64,000 nt of DNA from Raillietiella orientalis (Eukaryota). The position numbers and the translations under genes are program-made. The stretch spans positions 1,240,001 through 1,304,000 of the forward strand of contig JAYWIR010000008.1 of assembly GCA_036172245.1 (NCBI GenBank), in the 5' to 3' direction. Shown here in pieces: positions 62,503 through 64,000 of this stretch; positions within the stretch are counted from its first letter, which is position 1; every line of letters starts with the position of its first letter. The notes under the pieces are model-generated. The model ran no database searches. It worked only from the letters and a program-made list of their open reading frames with translations, and was not told the origin of the DNA.

Positions 62503-64000
62503 ATGAGAATGCAGTTCAAACTACTTAATCATAAAAGTTTAAACATCAATGAAGATGATTTCTTGAGTGACCGAGAAGAAGAACATTCTTCCAACGAGGA
62601 TGAACCCAATGCTCAGAAACATCAGGAATTACTCACATCTATTGGCCAGTTAGATAACTGGAAATTGTAAGAAACTTTATGATTTTAGTCTTTTGAGTAC
62701 TTATGTCAACAGAAAAGTCCCTGAGAGATTTGAATCTGTAACAGAAGTCAATGAGTTTGCAGTAACACCTCAAGAAGTCACAGTAAATGATTTGCTACAG
62801 CATTTAAAAGATCAAGCATCACATGCTGCTGTACGAAAACAAGTGAAATTAGCACTAAATAGGAAAAAAACTCTATTGAAGCCAGCATCTGGACCTGAAG
62901 CTCAAAGGGTAATTCCTTAGTGATGGTAGTACCTTGGTGATGTGTATCTTGTTATGCTTTAGATCCATAGGTGTGTAGCTTATGACAATGCAAAAGCAGA
63001 TGTCAGCCAGTGGGAGAGTATTGTTTACCGGAATCGAGTTGCTCCTTATTTAGAATTTCCTTTGGAATATGAGCAGTTGCATCTAGGAGATGCAGAGGAA
63101 TACTTTCCATGTCAGCAAGTGAGATGCTGAAATTCTATTTGGCTCATATCTTATTTCTGTTTTGTGGTTTTCCAGATGTCAAATGATTTAAAGGATAAAA
63201 TATACTCAGTATTGCATGATAAGAAACATGAAATACAAGATGGTTTGACTGTTTTTGAAAAAGATGTTTTTTCAAAGATGACTTTAGAAGAAGCACTTGA
63301 AAGGCGCAAAGAAATAATGAAGCTGCGTGCCTTTCAGTCGTACCAGTTAACAAAGCAGCGTCGGCAAGCAAAGATCAAAAGCAAAAAGTAAATTATATGA
63401 AGAGAATGATTATTTGGATAGCATTGAGTGTCATTCAGATATCATCGCCTGCTAAAGAAAGATCGGTTGAAAAAGCAGTTGAAGGAGTTTGAAGAGTTGA
63501 AGAAAAGCAACCCTGCTGCAGCTTTGGAGAAGTTAGAGCTATTAGAGAAACAGAGGGCAAAAGAGCGACTAACCTTGCGTCATCGCAATACTGGCAAATG
63601 GGCCACCTCCATTGCTCTTCGAGCAAAGTACAACAAAGAAGTAAGAATCGATTTTTTGGTTATGCATAAACATGTTTATCTAGGCACGAACAGCTCTGAA
63701 GGAACAGCTACAACTTAGCCGTGAATTGACTCAACATTTGACATTTCAACAGCCAAACAGTGAAGATGAAGACAACAGCAACTTGGATGGCACCTTGATG
63801 CCATCTGCCAACTTGGATGATCCTTCAGGAGTTTGCAGCTCTCATGCAGATGAGAAGGATCAATTGCTCCTTGGTTATAGAAAATACTGGACTGAATTGA
63901 ATCAGCAAAGAGAGAAGGATGAGAAAATAAGGAAGCATGCAACTCCTGAAATGAAAGAAGACTCATCTCAAAGTGTTTTTCCTATTGAAAACACAAACGA
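62503..64000 (+). CDS. UTP14: U3 snoRNA-associated protein 14 (SSU processome), partial, runs off the window
   Basis: Exons ~62503-62666, 62713-62908, 62963-63118, 63176-63387, 63439-63640 and 63684 onward. Motifs RCVAYDNAKADVSQWESIVYRNR, LEFPL, RAFQSYQLTKQRRQAKIKSKKYHR, RAKERLTLRHRNTGKWA and EQLQLSRELTQ. The start codon is uncertain. Confidence 0.93.

Noticed and set aside
1..64000. CRISPR arrays, operons or prokaryotic defence systems
   Set aside because: The DNA is eukaryotic with spliceosomal introns, and no repeat-spacer array is present.

Overview
This is eukaryotic, intron-containing animal nuclear DNA, most likely from an arthropod. It carries four recognisable host genes: acetyl-CoA synthetase (-, 97-4649), adenylate cyclase type 9 (+, 18652-27223), ATP synthase F1 delta (+, 39079-39887) and UTP14 (+, 62503 to the window end). 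Between 41.5 and 57.5 kb is a cluster of minus-strand L1/Tx1-type non-LTR retroelements, none with a visible reverse-transcriptase core. The main observation is that three elements carry a U5 snRNA-like sequence at their head. Two of these are full length, with intact loop 1, Sm site and 3' stem-loop, and their stems differ by compensatory changes. In both, U5 lies downstream of a motif shared with the 5' end of a U5-less LINE and just upstream of the presumptive ORF1 start. One unit is a roughly 660-bp SINE-like 'U5 head + LINE tail'. In another, about 4.6 kb of old mitochondrial DNA (cob, trnT, nad1, rrnL, rrnS, trnV, AT-rich region) lies between the LINE head and tail, and a sibling LINE later inserted into it with a 14-bp target-site duplication. 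All calls are from manual reading; no searches or folding programs were run.
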